Shown: piece after piece, positions 63,594 through 64,000 of the stretch
Layout: the number at the start of each line of letters is the position of its first letter
Position numbering within the stretch: the stretch's first letter is position 1
Program-made: the position numbers and the translations under genes
The notes under the pieces: generated by a model
What the model was told of the DNA's origin: nothing
What the model saw: only the letters and a program-made list of their open reading frames with translations
Databases searched by the model: none
IMG/VR virus record: IMGVR_UViG_3300013723_000002
Direction: 5' to 3' (one strand)
Length of the DNA: 64,000 nt
From: a virus

Positions 63594-63675
63594 TAAGCTC
63601 AAGCAGAGTTATGAAAATACGGTCGCTCTTGCTTGTGCTTATATCTGGCTCAAATTATGAATGTTCAACAGGCTC
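63594..63675 (+). mobile_element. 82-bp remnant identical to the right end of the IS at 60972..61830
   Basis: Matches 61749-61830 base for base, including the IRR and the following TA. Confidence 0.85.
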
Positions 63676-63740
63676 TAATATAGCAGTGATTATATTTGGT
63701 AATTTTTATAAGAAATCCTTTATGAGCTTTTTCTTTTCCT

Positions 63741-63758
63741 GGAACAATAAAAAAAAGC
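63741..63758 (+). promoter_or_regulatory. late-unit motif copy 15 (plus strand: GGAACAATAAAAAAAAGC)
   Basis: GGAAC lies 67 nt upstream of the ATG at 63808. Homologous to 17285-17302. Confidence 0.5.
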
Positions 63759-63807
63759 ACTTTGACTAAGATGCAAAATATCACTTTTCCAATAGTGGTA
63801 TAGATCC

Positions 63808-64000
63808 ATGACAGTAACAAAAGTATTAGGCGCTCAGGCTGGCATTCAATATTCGGGTGTAAGCGATAAATCTGAGGCAGATCCAACCGTCCAGCTACTC
63901 AACAGCGTGGTTCTTGGCCAGTTTAAGCGTGGTCGTTTTGATAAACCGTTTAAAGTGACAAGTGACAATATCCGGGCAAAGCTGGGTTATGACCCAACCA
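63808..64000 (+). CDS. second, inverted copy of the 16105..17235 structural gene (N-terminal 64 codons, runs off the window end)
   Basis: MTVTKVLGAQAGIQYSGVSDKSEADPTVQLLNSVVLGQFKRGRF... About 6 nucleotide differences over 193 nt against the reverse complement of 17043-17235. Confidence 0.8.
   Translation, partial: MTVTKVLGAQAGIQYSGVSDKSEADPTVQLLNSVVLGQFKRGRFDKPFKVTSDNIRAKLGYDPT

Noticed and set aside
63665-63886. 73-aa minus-strand ORF at the window end.
   Set aside because: It runs antisense across the IS remnant, the late motif and the start of the clearly conserved plus-strand structural gene copy.
1-64000. Search for tRNA, rRNA, integrase/att sites and cas genes.
   Set aside because: I saw no cloverleaf-compatible GTTCGAATC-type T-arm context, no rRNA-like conserved stretches, no tyrosine integrase motif and no cas-like ORFs. 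The absence is by eye only and should be confirmed with tRNAscan-SE and Infernal.

Overview
This window reads as most of an Acinetobacter-type temperate phage-plasmid, followed by a plasmid accessory mosaic. All family calls come from motifs I recognise by eye; no searches were run, and hand-counted coordinates may be off by 1-2 nt. Positions 1-34.7 kb (minus strand) hold a late virion and lysis module. It includes terminase large subunit, two P2 gpH-like tail fibres, an Ig-repeat protein, sheath-like proteins, gp25/gpJ/gpI-like baseplate genes, a gpV-like spike fused to a collagen-like repeat, a putative portal, and nested Rz/Rz1 spanins. This module is split into about 14 transcription units. 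Each unit is preceded, 66-70 nt before its start codon, by the same motif: GGAAC, then an A-run, a short G/C core and a T-run. An IS5-family element plus a Zn-dependent alcohol/formaldehyde dehydrogenase gene is inserted inside the late module. Positions 34.7-38.2 kb are a markedly AT-rich island of three orphan genes: an HNH-motif protein, a 283-aa unknown and a multipass membrane protein. Two copies of a conserved structured ~55-nt element lie in this island, and it is my best candidate for an undescribed accessory or defence system. Positions 38.3-53.5 kb hold early and regulatory genes: a RuvC-like resolvase, a divergent CI-like/Cro-like switch, an ERF recombinase and an IS1595-family insertion. 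This region also has an ORF-free gap with two promoter-to-terminator sRNA candidates, recurring CCTATA-N4-TATAGG operators and GTAAAAG-rich intergenic modules. Positions 54.2-59.2 kb are a plasmid backbone: a Rep_3-type initiator, nine iterons, ParA with a ParG-like protein, a serine resolvase and YefM-YoeB. Positions 59.2-64 kb carry a DUF4145/HEPN-like gene, a second IS5-family element, an ADC-like gene, a pdif-like site, a truncated rep gene, and an inverted second copy of one late promoter-gene unit. I saw no rRNA, tRNA or CRISPR.
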